Shown in pieces: positions 25,336 through 38,930 of a stretch of 64,000 bases of DNA. A model generated the notes under the pieces. That model was not told where the DNA came from. It saw only the letters and a program-made list of their open reading frames with translations, and ran no database searches. Location of the stretch: the NCBI RefSeq assembly GCF_001194135.2, contig NC_068987.1, positions 53,338,205-53,402,204 of the forward strand, written 5' to 3'. The stretch is from Octopus bimaculoides. Lineage: Eukaryota. The first letter of the stretch is position 1; each line of letters starts with the position of its first letter. The position numbers and the translations under genes were made by a program.

Positions 25336-26434
25336 CACACACATATATATATNNNNNNNNNNNNNNNNNNNNNNNNNNNNNNNNNNNNNNNNNNNNNNNN
25401 NNNNNNNNNNNNNNNNNNNNNNNNNNNNNNNNNNNNNNNNNNNNNNNNNNNNNNNNNNNNNNNNNNNNNNNNNNNNNNNNNNNNNNNNNNNNNAAACACA
25501 TATATGCATATATACTAAAACTCACATACATATATGATCACCCTATTTCAGATATGACATAACACGTGCTAAACTATTGATTGTTTATGTTTTCTCAGTG
25601 ATTGCATGACGAATGGCATTTTGGATTATAAACTTTTTAGATATACTACGTATCTATATTATAATGGAGAGAGCTGCTCATTAATTAGGTATGTAACAGT
25701 TACTAAAAGAAAGCAATTATTAAAGGCTTGACCGTCTGGAATTTTTTTTAAAATTCATGTTCCAAGAAATTTCCTATAATTTCGATTTCTGAACTTTATT
25801 GCATAAATGTATAAAAATATAATTAAACATATATGGGTAAAAAAACTATAGTGATGTATAAAAAATATACATCTTCAGTGGTATACATTGAAGACATCGT
25901 CCTACTGATAGATTAAGAGCGTTGTTAAAAAGATATTAATAAACTTTTTAAAAATAGAAGTGTAAATCCTCGCGGAAAGGTGAATAAGCAAATGTTTAAG
26001 CATCCAGATGGAAGATAAAGTTTCCGATGATGAAATGGTAGTACTCCAATTTCAAGAACTAAGTGCTGATACTTCGACAGTTGTTTCAAAGGTACAGTAA
26101 TCCATACAAATAAAGGACATTATATCCAAATTTTAGACACTGCCTCATTTATCATGGAAAATGTATGAGTTAAGGATCCACATCTCATATACTGTCTTAA
26201 TGAGTAAATGGGTGTTTGATTTTCTAAAGAGCTATATGTGTTAGCAGGAATAGGGAATACTATAGCATGGATTGTGGAAGTAAATTTAGAAAATTTAGTA
26301 GATTATAAGCACGTAACTACTCGCTACGGGGAAAGTGAGGTGTGCGACTATAAATATTAGGTGAATTCTAGATAATTTATATAGTTTGATGATCAATTTA
26401 TCTAGATTGATCAAAATGCTTAAATGTTGAATGA

Positions 26435-26900
26435 TATCTATGTTTACAAAAGTACATAGCATCGGAGAACTTATTCAATAATGTAGAGTTATATCAAGAC
26501 AAAATGTTTATAGTTTTTTTTTAATACGTAGTTTACATACACGCGTAATTATATTATACGAGGGGGCTTCTGCTATTATAGACCAAGATAATGAATACTG
26601 TATATTCTTTAGCTTAAGTTCGTGTATATATGTGGTTAGCATTGTTGTGAATTTATATTTTATGTTGTAAAAGAATTCAAATGAGCCCTATAGTGACGCT
26701 TAAAATCAATAGTACTTCCTATGTAAACCATTACTCTATATGTGACAGGTGTCTCTACACAGTACTTATAAATTACATTTCTGTGTAGACAAAATGAAGC
26801 AAGTGTGCAGGAGTCCGGAATGCGCCAATTAAATGTTTTTCTTCTTGTTTTAAGCATAAATCTTCCGTTTAACTGTGGTCAGAACAACCTCAACTGTTAG
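26435..26900 (-). mobile_element. Penelope-like GIY-YIG endonuclease remnant
   Basis: CTLASFCLHRNVIYKYCV..VYIGSTIDFKRHYRAHLNSF, then after a frameshift YSLSWSIIAEAPSYN..CKLRIKK..LLNKFSD..FCKHRY. Confidence 0.8.
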
Positions 26901-27564
26901 TGGGTAGCCTGGCATATCATTTCTATTGGTATGGGTTAGGGTTAGGGTTCAATACAAGGATTTGAATGGGTAAACTTCTTAAGTCTAAGTTTGGATTTAT
27001 TAATGGAGCCTATAATCGATCTTAAAGTTGGTGTAGTGGAATACAAGAGTTTCACAGATGACTTGTTGAAGATAGGTTAGTATCTATGATGTTTTCGGAA
27101 ATTTTCTGTCAAAATGTTAGAGAATAGTAATATTCTAACATGAAGAGAGAAGGGCGGAGCGAATCATATAATTTCCCCTTTCCTAGATTTTGAATATTTA
27201 GTTTCATTAAGTTGGTCGGAGTTATAAGATTTATACTTAAGGTAATTACTAAATACATCATTATTTATTCGGGCGTTATCCATAAATTATATATTTTTTT
27301 AAATATATTTAATTGGTTTATTTAAAGAGGCCATAGTATTAGATGTGACTTAGTTCTCGTCAAGAGATTGCCAATTCTAATTTTGAGATTTTGCATGGTA
27401 TATATATGCCGCTATAGAATTTAGCGTCACGGAGGCAAAGAATGCTTTGTTCCACGTTTTTCTTTTTAACAAAAATTCTTCCTCGGTTTAAAACTCCGTC
27501 AATTATCAAAATCTTTGAGTCCCCCGTTTATACTTATTTCCAATTAAGACATGTTCATATAGAT

Positions 27565-27613
<49 letters not shown>

Positions 27614-28204
27614 CATACATACATACATACATACATACAAACATACATACATACTTATATACATACATACATACATATATAGAATTATTGATAGATATGT
27701 ATGTGTATGTGGGAGATGAATACGCCATATATCTAAAGATATAAGCAACTCAGCAAAAGTACTTATTTCAGACCGCATATTCCCGTATTCTCATATTCCC
27801 ATTAACTAATGTTTAAAACAAAATCGATGTTGATTTTCAAAATAAAAGTAATAATGCTAAAAAGAAAAAAAATCGTATGGCTCATGGTGACTATTACTAA
27901 AATATTCGCCATGGTTTTCAATTATTTTGTATTCTGATTGTAAGAGACGTTCGTATTTGTTGTAAATGGTGTTAAAGCATTGTGGAAAATGGTTCAATTA
28001 TTTTTGAAAATTATTTATTTCGATTCTTATATATCACAGAGGATCTGCTATGCTGTCACATGATTTGTTAGATATTGCATCCATTAGATTTGCATACATA
28101 CATACATAAAAATGCTTTCAGTTCGAGCATATAAAATATGATGAAACGTTGGGTGGCAAAATGCTCACTTGTTTTCAAATTTTATAATGAAAATAGATTC
28201 TTCT

Positions 28205-30420
28205 TTGTATTAGTATTATTGTTTTACTTCTCAGAGCACTCAGTCTTGTTTGCTCTCGTTGATTCTTTGAGAGTGGACAATAGCCTGTTGTCAAAGGTCT
28301 TAGAGGGTTTTTGTCTGCACAATATATGCTTTGAGACTCGATTGCTAATTATCGTGGAAGACATTCAACAACCGAGTACTAATCTCAAAATCCTAGCTGT
28401 CCACAGCAGAGCAGTTGTTTTGCGCTTGCTCTGCTCTCATGTCAATTCAGATTTCTCTGACATATTTCTCGAACTTGGTTGTTAGTGCTCCGATTGCCTC
28501 TACAACTACTGAGATGACAGACACTCTCCCCATAGTCCTCATTCTTGAAATTCTGTCTTTTTTGTAGTCCGTACTTTTCAATCTTTTCTAGTTCTTTGCA
28601 TGCATATCCAGGTATTGCAATATCTATAATCTAGGTTTCGTTTTTCCTTTATCTACCATATTATCTGGTCGTCGAGCATCGATTAGGGAGTCACACTAGA
28701 TTGTAACATCCTACGATACCTTATGTTCTTTGCTCTCGGTGGCTCCTGATTCATGTTCGTACCATTTCCGTGCTCTGACCAGGCCGAACTTTTCACATAG
28801 CCTCCAGTGGACAAACATAGCAACGTTATCGTGCCTCTTTTTGTAGAGCTGTTGGGCCAGCTTTCTACACTTACTCACAATATTTGTTCCGTTTTTACTC
28901 CTAGGCATCCTACAAAGGGGCGATTCATTGCTCTTACAGTCGGGGGAAATAAATATTCGTACATGTTAAAATTCTTTCTTTATTTAATTTCTAATGAACA
29001 TAAATGGGATATACCAATACTATATTTGCATACACATGCATAAACTAAGAATATCCAAAAGAAACTAATAAATTATAGTAACTTTTCATCGTCACAATTT
29101 CACTAGGTAGTGTAGTGTGTATTCTAACGGTGGTAAGCAAGAATTCACTCTGCTGTTTGATCTACCACTCAGAACGTTTTTTCTCGTTGACAACACTGAT
29201 CTTGCATCCCATTAGGCCACTTCCTCCCCTGCTCTTAGACACATACAGTCTGTCAGCATCGCTTTTGGGGTGTATTTCCATTTTAATTGTCATCACTTTT
29301 CTTGTTCACCTGTCCATTTCTTCAAACTCGTTATTTGTCCACCTTACACCACCTGCACCAATACCGCATTAAGGAAACAGCGCCTGTGGTCATTACATTG
29401 ATCTTTTTTTCTTTTTCTGTTGAGTCTATTTCCTATAATTAATTTGGTGGTTCTAACATATTCTTACCATTCATTCTTTCATAAACCAAAATACTCAGAT
29501 ATTTATATCCATTAGTCTCAGTATCCTTGATTTTCTCGCCTTTGGGTAGCTCTACGCCACCAGACGACACTATTTTTTTGTATTATAAGCATAACACACT
29601 TTTTAGCCCCAAATTTCATTGTAATATCCTTACTGAATATCGGCACTGTTTAGTGGAGGCGCAATGGCCCAGTGGTTAGGGCAGCGGACTCGCGCTCATA
29701 GGATCGCAGTTTCGATTCCCAGACCGGATATTGTGAGTGTTTATTGAGCGAAAACACCTAAAAGATCCACGATGCTCCGGCAGGGGATGGTGGCGAACCC
29801 TGCTGTATTCTTCCACCACAACTTTCTCTTACTTCCTGTTTCTGTTGTGCCTGTAATTTAAAGGGTCAGCCTTGTCACACTGTGTCACGCTGAATATCCC
29901 CGAGAACTACGTTAAGGGTACACATGTCTGTGGAGTGCTCAACCACTTGCACGTTAATTTCACGAGCAGGCTGTTCCGTTGATCGGATCAAATGGAACCC
30001 TCGACGTCGTAAGCGACGGAGTTCCAACAATGGGCACTGTTGAAACCAGGCCATTTATTTCACGTTTGGTCTTCCCAAATATCTTGAAATCATCCATATA
30101 TAACATGATTTAATTTTCCTCCACTTTTCAAGGTGTACGCCGATGCTACTTTCCGTAATATCTTTGTGGGGGTATCAAACAAATGACAAACAGTAATGGT
30201 GGCAGGCTATCTCCTTGAGATATGTCTCTCTTGATGTTAATCCACGCCAAAAACTTTCCACTTGAAGTTAATTCTGTATTCCAGTTCTTCATTGATCTTC
30301 GCATAAAATTCGATACGTTATCAGACACTTGCTACTGATCTAGTCTTTCTAAGATCCAGGAACAGAGGAACATGCCATATGCTTTCTTATAATCGATCTA
30401 TGGCCTGCCCTGGTTAGTAA
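28205..30420 (-). mobile_element. Dong/R4-type LINE remnant (RT, zinc knuckle, REL, 3' UTR), interrupted by a SINE
   Basis: RDISQGDSLPPLLFVICLIP (RT); IVSKCRKLAQQLYKKRHDNVAMFVHWRLCEK..KWYEH; IIDIAIP..EKIEKY (REL); 3' UTR ending in AAT-like tail near 28205. Confidence 0.85.
29655..30030 (+). mobile_element. tRNA-derived SINE family A, full length
   Basis: A box TGGCCCAGTGG, B-box-like GTTTCGATTCC, CCAACAA tail; GGCACTGTT duplicated at 29642-29650 and 30033-30041; colinear with 60844-61225. Confidence 0.9.
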
Positions 30421-30448
30421 GTGTTGTTCTGCAGTGTTGTTCTGTATA

Positions 30449-30604
30449 TCAGAATTTAGTCCCTCGGCTTTCCTTTTTTATCCTTTCTGGTCTACTAAGT
30501 GTCTCTTCTAATTTCTTAACTAGGTCTCGCTCTATTCTATTACGGTCTAATGCTAAGGCCTTACTGTACCTAACCGATTCTGCTTTAATTGCTTTCTTTA
30601 GGGC

Positions 30605-30605
<1 letters not shown>
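30449..30605 (-). mobile_element. Short L1/Tx1-like ORF2 fragment
   Basis: LKKAIKAESVRYSKALALDRNRIERDLVKKLEE resembles the post-endonuclease helical region of Tx1/L1 ORF2 (recognition only). Confidence 0.4.
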
Positions 30606-30638
<33 letters not shown>

Positions 30639-31069
30639 TGAAAGAGAGATAGAGGCAGCAGACAGACAGACGGAGAAACCCAAAAGCTATAGTCCATAGT
30701 AGAAACAGAGAGAAAGATGGGTGTGTTTCGTTTCATTGAGTATCACGTGGTCTAACAGATTTGTTGACACCCCATAATATTTTTTCAGTGGGTAAAGTTA
30801 TATAACTATCGGTTGGTCTTTGTTTTATTCTTTGGATGAATGCAACCCAATTCATTCTCTAACGCCCCTTCCCTGGAATTTCAACAATATCAACAGGATA
30901 CTTTTGTATGTATGTATATGTGCAGAATTGTATGCTTTGTCTTACGTATGTATGTTGATGCATATGTATGTATCTTTTGCATATCTAGATACGCTCATAT
31001 ATACTTAAATGATAAACCTCTGGTACGTTTTACAGAATTTTACCCTTCCAATGCATGTATGTATGTACG

Positions 31070-31345
31070 TACAGATGGAGGAAGCAGGTTACGGAGGGGA
31101 TTGTCACCTTTGAGAGAGCACGTATTCTGCATGAAGAACCTAAGCGTGTTGTTCGACAGCACACTGCTGGTGTAGTAAATGAGGAAAGCTTGGTTTGTAG
31201 TGTTTGCAGTCGTGTATGCTTGTCAAGAGCAGGGCTCATTAGCCACCAACTGAGACCCAAATGCGAAATATAAGTTAGTCCGAGAACGCACAATGTTTCT
31301 GGACGTCAGCAAGAGTCTTCCTCGGTCACGAGTGGACGGTCTTCA
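31070..31345 (+). mobile_element. RTE (BovB-like) LINE 3' end with tail
   Basis: RWRKQVTEGIVTFERAR..LVCSVCSRVCLSRAGLISHQLR, then CCTCGGTCACGAGTGGACGG and a (TATG)n tail. Confidence 0.8.
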
Positions 31346-32610
31346 GGTATGTATGTATGTATGTATACTGATATTAGCGACGCCGACACTTTTTTCTTTT
31401 GTCTCTGCGAATAGGGCAGCTCAGGGGTTATACAACAATGATCAAGTTTACTTTGCATCTACGAGGAAGCTGTGAACATAAGTTGGAAGTGCAAACTTAT
31501 TTAAACCACAGCGCTAACGCTAAATTACGAAAATACACATTGTAAAATCTGAACTAATATATATACTAAAAGACGAGGTAATATATATTAAATAAACTAG
31601 GAGAAAGCGACCCCAAGGTTGCTGCTTTTTCTAATCAAAACAATATTTCACAGAACATACACAATATAAATACATTGCTGAGAAAAATGGCATATTTAAA
31701 ATATAGGATGTTGTAAAAGAGAGAAACCTTATGAAAAATAAATGAATGTTTGTGTGAAAGATGAGATTCTAATAAGAAAAGCATAGAAGCAGATAAATAT
31801 ATAATTGGGCCATGCCATAAACGTTTACATGCAAAAACACAAACATACATAAACATTTCAATTCACAATTCCACCCATACTCACGCAGAAAACACAAACA
31901 CGTGCATATATGTGTGTGTGTATGTGTGTGTGTGTGTGTGTGTGCGTGTGCATGTGTGTATATATATATGTGTGTGTGTATAGATCTATATTTATATACA
32001 TATATATGCGTGTGTATATATNNNNNNNNNNNNNNNNNNNNNNNNNNNNNNNNNNNNNNNNNNNNNNNNNNNNNNNNNNNNNNNNNNNNNNNNNNNNNNN
32101 NNNNNNNNNNNNNTATATATATACATATGCATAACATATATGTTTATATATAATGCATATACATAAATAGATATATATGCTTATAAGTAATTGTGTATGT
32201 GTGTGTGCCTGTATGTAGGTATTTACGTATGCATGCATATTAGTTTTGGCTTGAAGACTCGTTCAGCAGTTTATCAGTAATGTACGTACTTTCTTGTTCT
32301 TTTGTTCTTCTTGTCAAATCATTAGAGTGGTATGCCAAAGGCAAAAATGAATCATTGATACTTCTGCGCTAATCATGTGTTTGCTTTAATGTATCGTATT
32401 CCGGAGACTATTGTACAATAAGTATTGTATTCTTTGAAATTTGCGTTGTTCTTTTTTATGCAGTTAGCAAGAGAAAAGTGGAAAATTGAGTGTTTTTTCA
32501 TATTTTAGGGGAGATATACTCGTACTATATACGAAAATATCGACACACTTACGCACATGCGCGCATGCATTATGAATACATATGTGTGTGTGTGTATATT
32601 TATATATGCA

Positions 32611-32670
<60 letters not shown>

Positions 32671-34694
32671 GAGATAGAGAGAGAAAAAGGGAGAGGAAGG
32701 TGGTGGGAGATGTACATACATAAATACATATATATATCTGTATTTGTACGTATCTATAAATATGCTTACAAGCCTATTTAATTATACATAGATTATATAT
32801 TTAAATACATATGTATGTTTATTTACATACATTCCGACAGACTAACACACATACACATACGCACACACTCGTGCGCGCGCACACGCACACACATACGCGT
32901 GCACACACACACAAACACACTTACATACTTCTATGATGAAAATGTGCACTACTCCCGATATCTGAAAGCAGCCTAATTCACGAAACTTCATAGAAACATT
33001 TAGCTGTTTTACAATTTACAACTGGTTTTCTTGTTTGTTAGCTTTTTTGCGTGTTTGTCTTATTGCCGTTTATAACAAAACCAGAAATGAACAACAATGT
33101 AGCTGAAAAAAATATTTTACCCGAAATATCTCGTATCGGGTTGAGATTACAAATTCTCCAATTTTTGCTGTAATTTTAAATTTGCATACTTCTATGCAAC
33201 ATATTGATGGAAATGTTCGGGTTAATATATCGGTTCGTGGATTCGAATAGCCATCATTGAATGTCATATGTGTATGTGTTTATTCAACTATGATTTTATC
33301 TCCAGCTGTTTTTATGTAGACAAGCAACATGCCTTTTAAAATGTAACATTAAACATATATTTCACTTACTGTCGAAAATTTGACATAACCTCTCTATACT
33401 AAACATGTACATGATTCCATTCGTCGTTGTCCTTATTATAAAATGATATTTATATTAAACTAGACTCAGAATTAACTTTGGTTTTTTTCCAAGCTACAAA
33501 AAGATTCAATGTTTTGGTGTTCAGAAAGCAATTGAAGTTTCTCTCTCAAAATCGCCTCACACATTATCTCGATCCATTTTGTTTTGCAATGTTATCGTAG
33601 AGAACAAGATTGGAAGGTGCAATATTTATCATCCGTTCACTTCATAGCATTGCAAAGTATTTTAAATGAAAGTAAGGTATGTCTCGAAAATTCTTGCATT
33701 CATCTAAAAATCTTCAGAAATCTGAAGAATTCTCTGCGGAGAATTACACTAATTAAAATGCTACGACTAAATTGTAACCGTATGTATGTGTATGCATTCA
33801 TTTAAAATATTGACAATCGCACGCAGAGAAGCACTATGACACATATGTCAACTTTACTTATTCTGGCGTATAAGTCTAAGTTTATTTTTTTATCAGTACC
33901 TTAGATATTTTTTTCGTTTCCCTGCGGATTTTCTTTTACTTTTGTAAGAATATCGTATATCTTTTTTTTTTTTTTGGAGGGGCCTTTCTTTATATATTCT
34001 TTTATTTCAATTTGTCAAGATTAAATATTCAACCATCCTCGATAATGTATCAGCCAATTAAAGGAAAAGCAGTTGTTTTTCCCTTCAAAATCAATGATGT
34101 ATTTACTTGGCTTTGATGTTAACTCACTTTAGTGATTAGAAGTTGGAAATTGATCCAATGTATTTTCACAAGTATGAGATCTCTAAATCAATAAGATCCA
34201 TAAGGAAGATATTCTTCAATGAGCGTTTCTACAAGTACCTACTGTAAATGTTTCGGTCCTTGTTATGAAGCATTGCAAGTTGTCAGCGGTGAATTTATCC
34301 CTCTTTGCAATGTAGAGGTTACACCTCTCGTACCTGTCTGTGTATGATACCGTTTTATTATAAAGTCTCCATTTTGCAAATAGTATGTTTCCTCGACTTC
34401 AGGTTTCGATATATATTGAAGCAAAGACATAGGCTCCATTACGTCTCTGAATTTGAAATCAAATGTTGGCTGACTATATCGGATTTTGAAGGCGTTTTCT
34501 GCGAAACCTAAATACGTGTAGTTTCATACATTAGCATATTTGATTGGCATGTTCTACTGAGCTGAGAAATTAATGCATTTCTCCAGTTATATCAAAAGCC
34601 TTCGAGCGGTGTAACATTGCTGTTAGTTCACTTATTGCAAGGAAGATTGGGATCATTTATATCTAGACAATCATAAATTTTCTCAAGCCGTTTG

Positions 34695-34727
<33 letters not shown>

Positions 34728-35690
34728 GTATTTGTGTGTGTACAGAGCATTGTAACTAAAGAATATTTAGCGCTGCGTTCATGATCTATTAATATTCTTT
34801 CTGGATTATATTATCCTTTGATTGTGTTGTCATTTTACGATGAAGATTTAATATCCTTACGTTATCCACAGTTTATCAATGCTGATTTCTAATGTAAGAT
34901 TTGATTTAATACATCCATATCTAGTGGTAATAGAAATAGCACACTAAATGGATAATGTCCATCGAGCTGTTATATATTTCTAGTGAAACACAAGACGTGA
35001 CCCGAAAGAAAACAAATTCAAAAGCGGTATGCAGATATTCGAAACTCATAGGTATATTGAAATCTAAAGAGATAATCAAAAATACATTCTTGGACTAAAA
35101 TTTCAGGAAGATTGAAAGCAGGAGAAGTTTTAAAGAAAACGGAAAACTGAAATTCTCAAAAGGCGAAAGAATGAATTACTACTTTTGTGTAAATAACGGT
35201 ATTATATTGCTATCTAGACGATCGAAATATATAGATACATATACTCAAAGCAAAAACAGCATCTAGCCAAGTTGTTTACACCATATACATGTAGTGGGAT
35301 GCATATGTGCAGGAACTGAGGTGGTGGATAGTAATAATTCAATTTTCAGTGTCCTGTTCAACAGGCGGATATTTAGATTATGCAAGAAAAAAATGAGGAT
35401 TATAAGACGTAAGATTCCATAATTCAAATGTAGCGTCGATTCAATGAAACACATGCTGATATAAACACTTTCTTCGCCAGACATGTCATAGTAACTCAAC
35501 ATTAATTCCACACGAATGAAATTTGAGAAAAAGTTATAAATCTTAAAGGAGAGGAAAACAGGAAGCAAAAATAACAATTTATATGTAGTAAAATTTCACT
35601 TATAAAAATGTCTGTACCTCCATTTAAGCATACATATGTATCTATGCATGGTTCAATGTATATATGCACACACACGCACACAGATATATA

Positions 35691-35734
<44 letters not shown>

Positions 35735-35737
35735 TAT

Positions 35738-36107
35738 ATAAAGTGTAGTATATTGCCACTTAAGTGTGGCTGACCCCTAGGGGTGGATGTTACTGTTGCT
35801 TTTAGCCCCAGGAGGACATCTCCTCCAGCTGGCTTATCGACACACTACTGTGTCCTGTTTGCCAAGGGAAGTTATTCCTCCCACCATGATCTGTAGCACG
35901 AACGGACCCGGGTTTCAGGGTTATTTCCCTTCGTCGGCGTTCGATAGACACTGATCCTTGGTGGGAGGGATAACTTCCCTTGGCAAACCGGACACAGTAG
36001 TTTGTCGATAAGCCAGCTGGAGGAGATGTCCTCCTGGGGCTAAAAGCAACAGTAACATCCACCCCTAGGGGTCAGCCACACTTAAGTGGCAATATACTAC
36101 ACTTTAT
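35738..36107. repeat. 370-bp foldback inverted repeat (about 154-bp arms, 61-nt spacer)
   Basis: 35738-35891 is the reverse complement of 35953-36107. The outer 105 bp are perfect, followed by three substitutions and a small indel. Confidence 0.95.
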
Positions 36108-36525
36108 CGTGCAGTTACTGTTAATACTTCATTTAGAGAATTAACATTGCTTATATATATATATATATATATATATACATACACACACAAACATATATAT
36201 ATATATATCAGTATGTACTTGTGTATATATATATATATATATATAAAACTGAGAATCTATGTGTCTGTCAATCTGTATATGTCCATCACAAAAAGTCTAG
36301 AGCTACCAACCGATTTCTTCAAATATTACACATACACTAATAAGTGTCCACGGAATGTCATGAGCCAAAAAAGAGTTTCAACTTCAAGCCTAATGCAAAC
36401 CAAGAGCAATGTCTTAGACTGTTTCAGTATTGCGTATCAAATATGAGACAATAACAACTCTATTGTAATGTGAGATAATATTGAAACTATTAAAAGAGAA
36501 ACTATTATCTCATATTACATATATT

Positions 36526-36593
<68 letters not shown>

Positions 36594-36879
36594 CATGTAT
36601 ATATGTGCATATATATGTGTGTACATATACATGTAAATATATATTTGTATATATGTATGTATATATAGATGTATATTTATAAATGTATACGTATAGATGT
36701 AAATGTATAGATACATATCTATATACGCGTACACATAAATATATACATATAGATGTATGTTTATATATATATAGATCTATATGTAGGTTATCAGCGATAG
36801 TGGTGTCAATTAGACCCAAAGGTTTCAGGTAATGCTGATTAAGTGCTATGGATAGACCACAGTTAAGCTCCAGGTTCCG

Positions 36880-37659
36880 TGTTTGGACAGGTCAGTAGTA
36901 GTGGCAGTAGACATAAAAACTATCTTATTTTACCTCACCTAACTTCGAATCTATTGCATCCACCTCTAAGAAGCAAAAGCTATCTCTTTATTATCGAAAC
37001 TCACATAACTACAACTCCAGTTATACGAACACCCAACACGCGCACAACTCCAGCACAGGTACCCTTATGTCTGACCACAACCACAACCCATTATATTGAC
37101 ACTGCCCAGAGCACTAATACAATCTCTACCAGCCCTACAAATAGTACGATTAATAGCAACAATTGTAATAATAGCAACGTTGGTAATGATAACGTTAATA
37201 ATACTAATAATATAAAATATTCTACCCACTTCTATAACCTCTCCTCTGATGATACTTCCTCCTGTATTACTGAGCACAGTCCCCAAAACTCCCCTAATTG
37301 TAATTGCCGTCCTGGAACCACCTGCCCGTCACAAACCCATTGCAGAAGATATAATGCAATTTATAAATGCATTGTCCTTAATCTATTACACAACTCTACA
37401 GCCATATGCATTGGATCAACTTAAAGTTTTAAACAACGATATGCTGCTCACCTCCACTCCTTTAGATACGATGAACATAGTAAATCTACAACACTCGCCA
37501 ACCACATACATCAAAAATGCAAATATTTCCTATACTCTATCATGGTCCATACTGGACCCAGGGCCTCCCTGCCGAGGTCAACATTCAGCCTGCAAACTTT
37601 GCCTGAAGAAGGTACTCCACATATTAAAGCAAAACTCTCCAGCTCTGGTAAGTAAACAT
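36880..37659 (+). mobile_element. Penelope-like GIY-YIG endonuclease remnant
   Basis: CNCRPGTTCPSQTHC..NAIYKCIV..ICIGST, then in a shifted frame YTLSWSILD..CKLCLKKVLHIL..LVSKH. Truncated by an N-gap. Confidence 0.85.
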
Positions 37660-37797
37660 NNNNNNNNNNNNNNNNNNNNNNNNNNNNNNNNNNNNNNNNN
37701 NNNNNNNNNNNNNNNNNNNNNNNNNNNNNNNNNNNNNNNNNNNNNNNNNNNNNNNNNNNNNNNNNNNNNNNNNNNNNNNNNNNNNNNNNNNNNNNNN

Positions 37798-37849
<52 letters not shown>

Positions 37850-38866
37850 CGGTTCAAAACATTTTGTACGGTGACATGCCGAATTTCTGATCCATACCTG
37901 TAATGACTTAGACCTCTCTCGAAAGCGATTATAGCGTGATGGATTGTGTCACGGTTTCACTTATTGTGTTAAATGCCTATATATTTGCCAGAAAACGGTG
38001 ACATACCCACAACAGAAAGATGTAGATATATCCTTTAACTTCTCTGTTGGTAGAAATAAATACTTTGCTTGTGAGAATTCGAACGATTTAACTCAATCTC
38101 TAACCATCGTGAGTGCAACATCCTAACTTTAGAGCCATGGGCCTTCACATATTTCTAAAACGAATAAGCAGCATTACTAATTATATATTTTTTTACTGTA
38201 GAGCATGAAAATCTATTAGATTGGCGTTGTGAAAAATTTGACGCCAAAAATAGAATGGTTTCAATTTTTTTCCTGTCAATATAATACTTTTCAAGACGTT
38301 TCGAAATTAATCATAGCTTGCGAAATTTTAGCCTTAGAATTAAAAAAAATAGATTATTGTTTTCTTCGACATATTGATGATATGTTACAAATTTATCAAT
38401 GGACACGTTTCTCGAACGGCAACTACGTTAACACAGTGCTGACATCGATAATTATATTTTAAATTTGTTACATATTCTATTGTTGTTTTTTAAAAAAATT
38501 TTGTTTGATATATTATTGATTAGCTTGGAACTTTCTCATGTGCGTGGGATCGTAAAAGAAGTTTTAAGTTACGTGCAACATGGTTCCAATACTTTATTGA
38601 AGTCATGTGGCGTTACGCCGGCATCGTTAAGGATAATGCTATATTTATTTGAGAAAAGAGGAGAATTTCATCGGTATTAGATTTCACACCCTACAGAACT
38701 GGTAGCCTACTCAAGGCGAAGTTCACTAATATGGTATTTCATATGAAACTACCGAACCGATTACAGGTATGCAATCGATCCGACGGTCTAAAGTTTCTGG
38801 CATTTCGTTTCCTAATATCTATTTACATTTTTTCATGCATGAATCATATATTCATATATCTGCTCA

Positions 38867-38930
<64 letters not shown>

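Noticed and set aside
26385-26416. TTGATGA-TCAAT..ATTGA-TCAAAA as a hammerhead
   Set aside because: The core is mutated and lies on the strand opposite to the adjacent Penelope remnant.
26933-26949. Three telomere-like hexamers
   Set aside because: Too short; lies in the low-complexity linker upstream of a Penelope remnant.
29655-29730. tRNA gene
   Set aside because: It is the tRNA-like head of a SINE: it continues into a 380-bp repeated body with a TSD and gives no complete cloverleaf.
38697-38766. Plus-strand 70-nt pseudo-exon (CTACAG..CAG|GTATGC)
   Set aside because: One open frame but no homology or compatible neighbour; such signals are common by chance.
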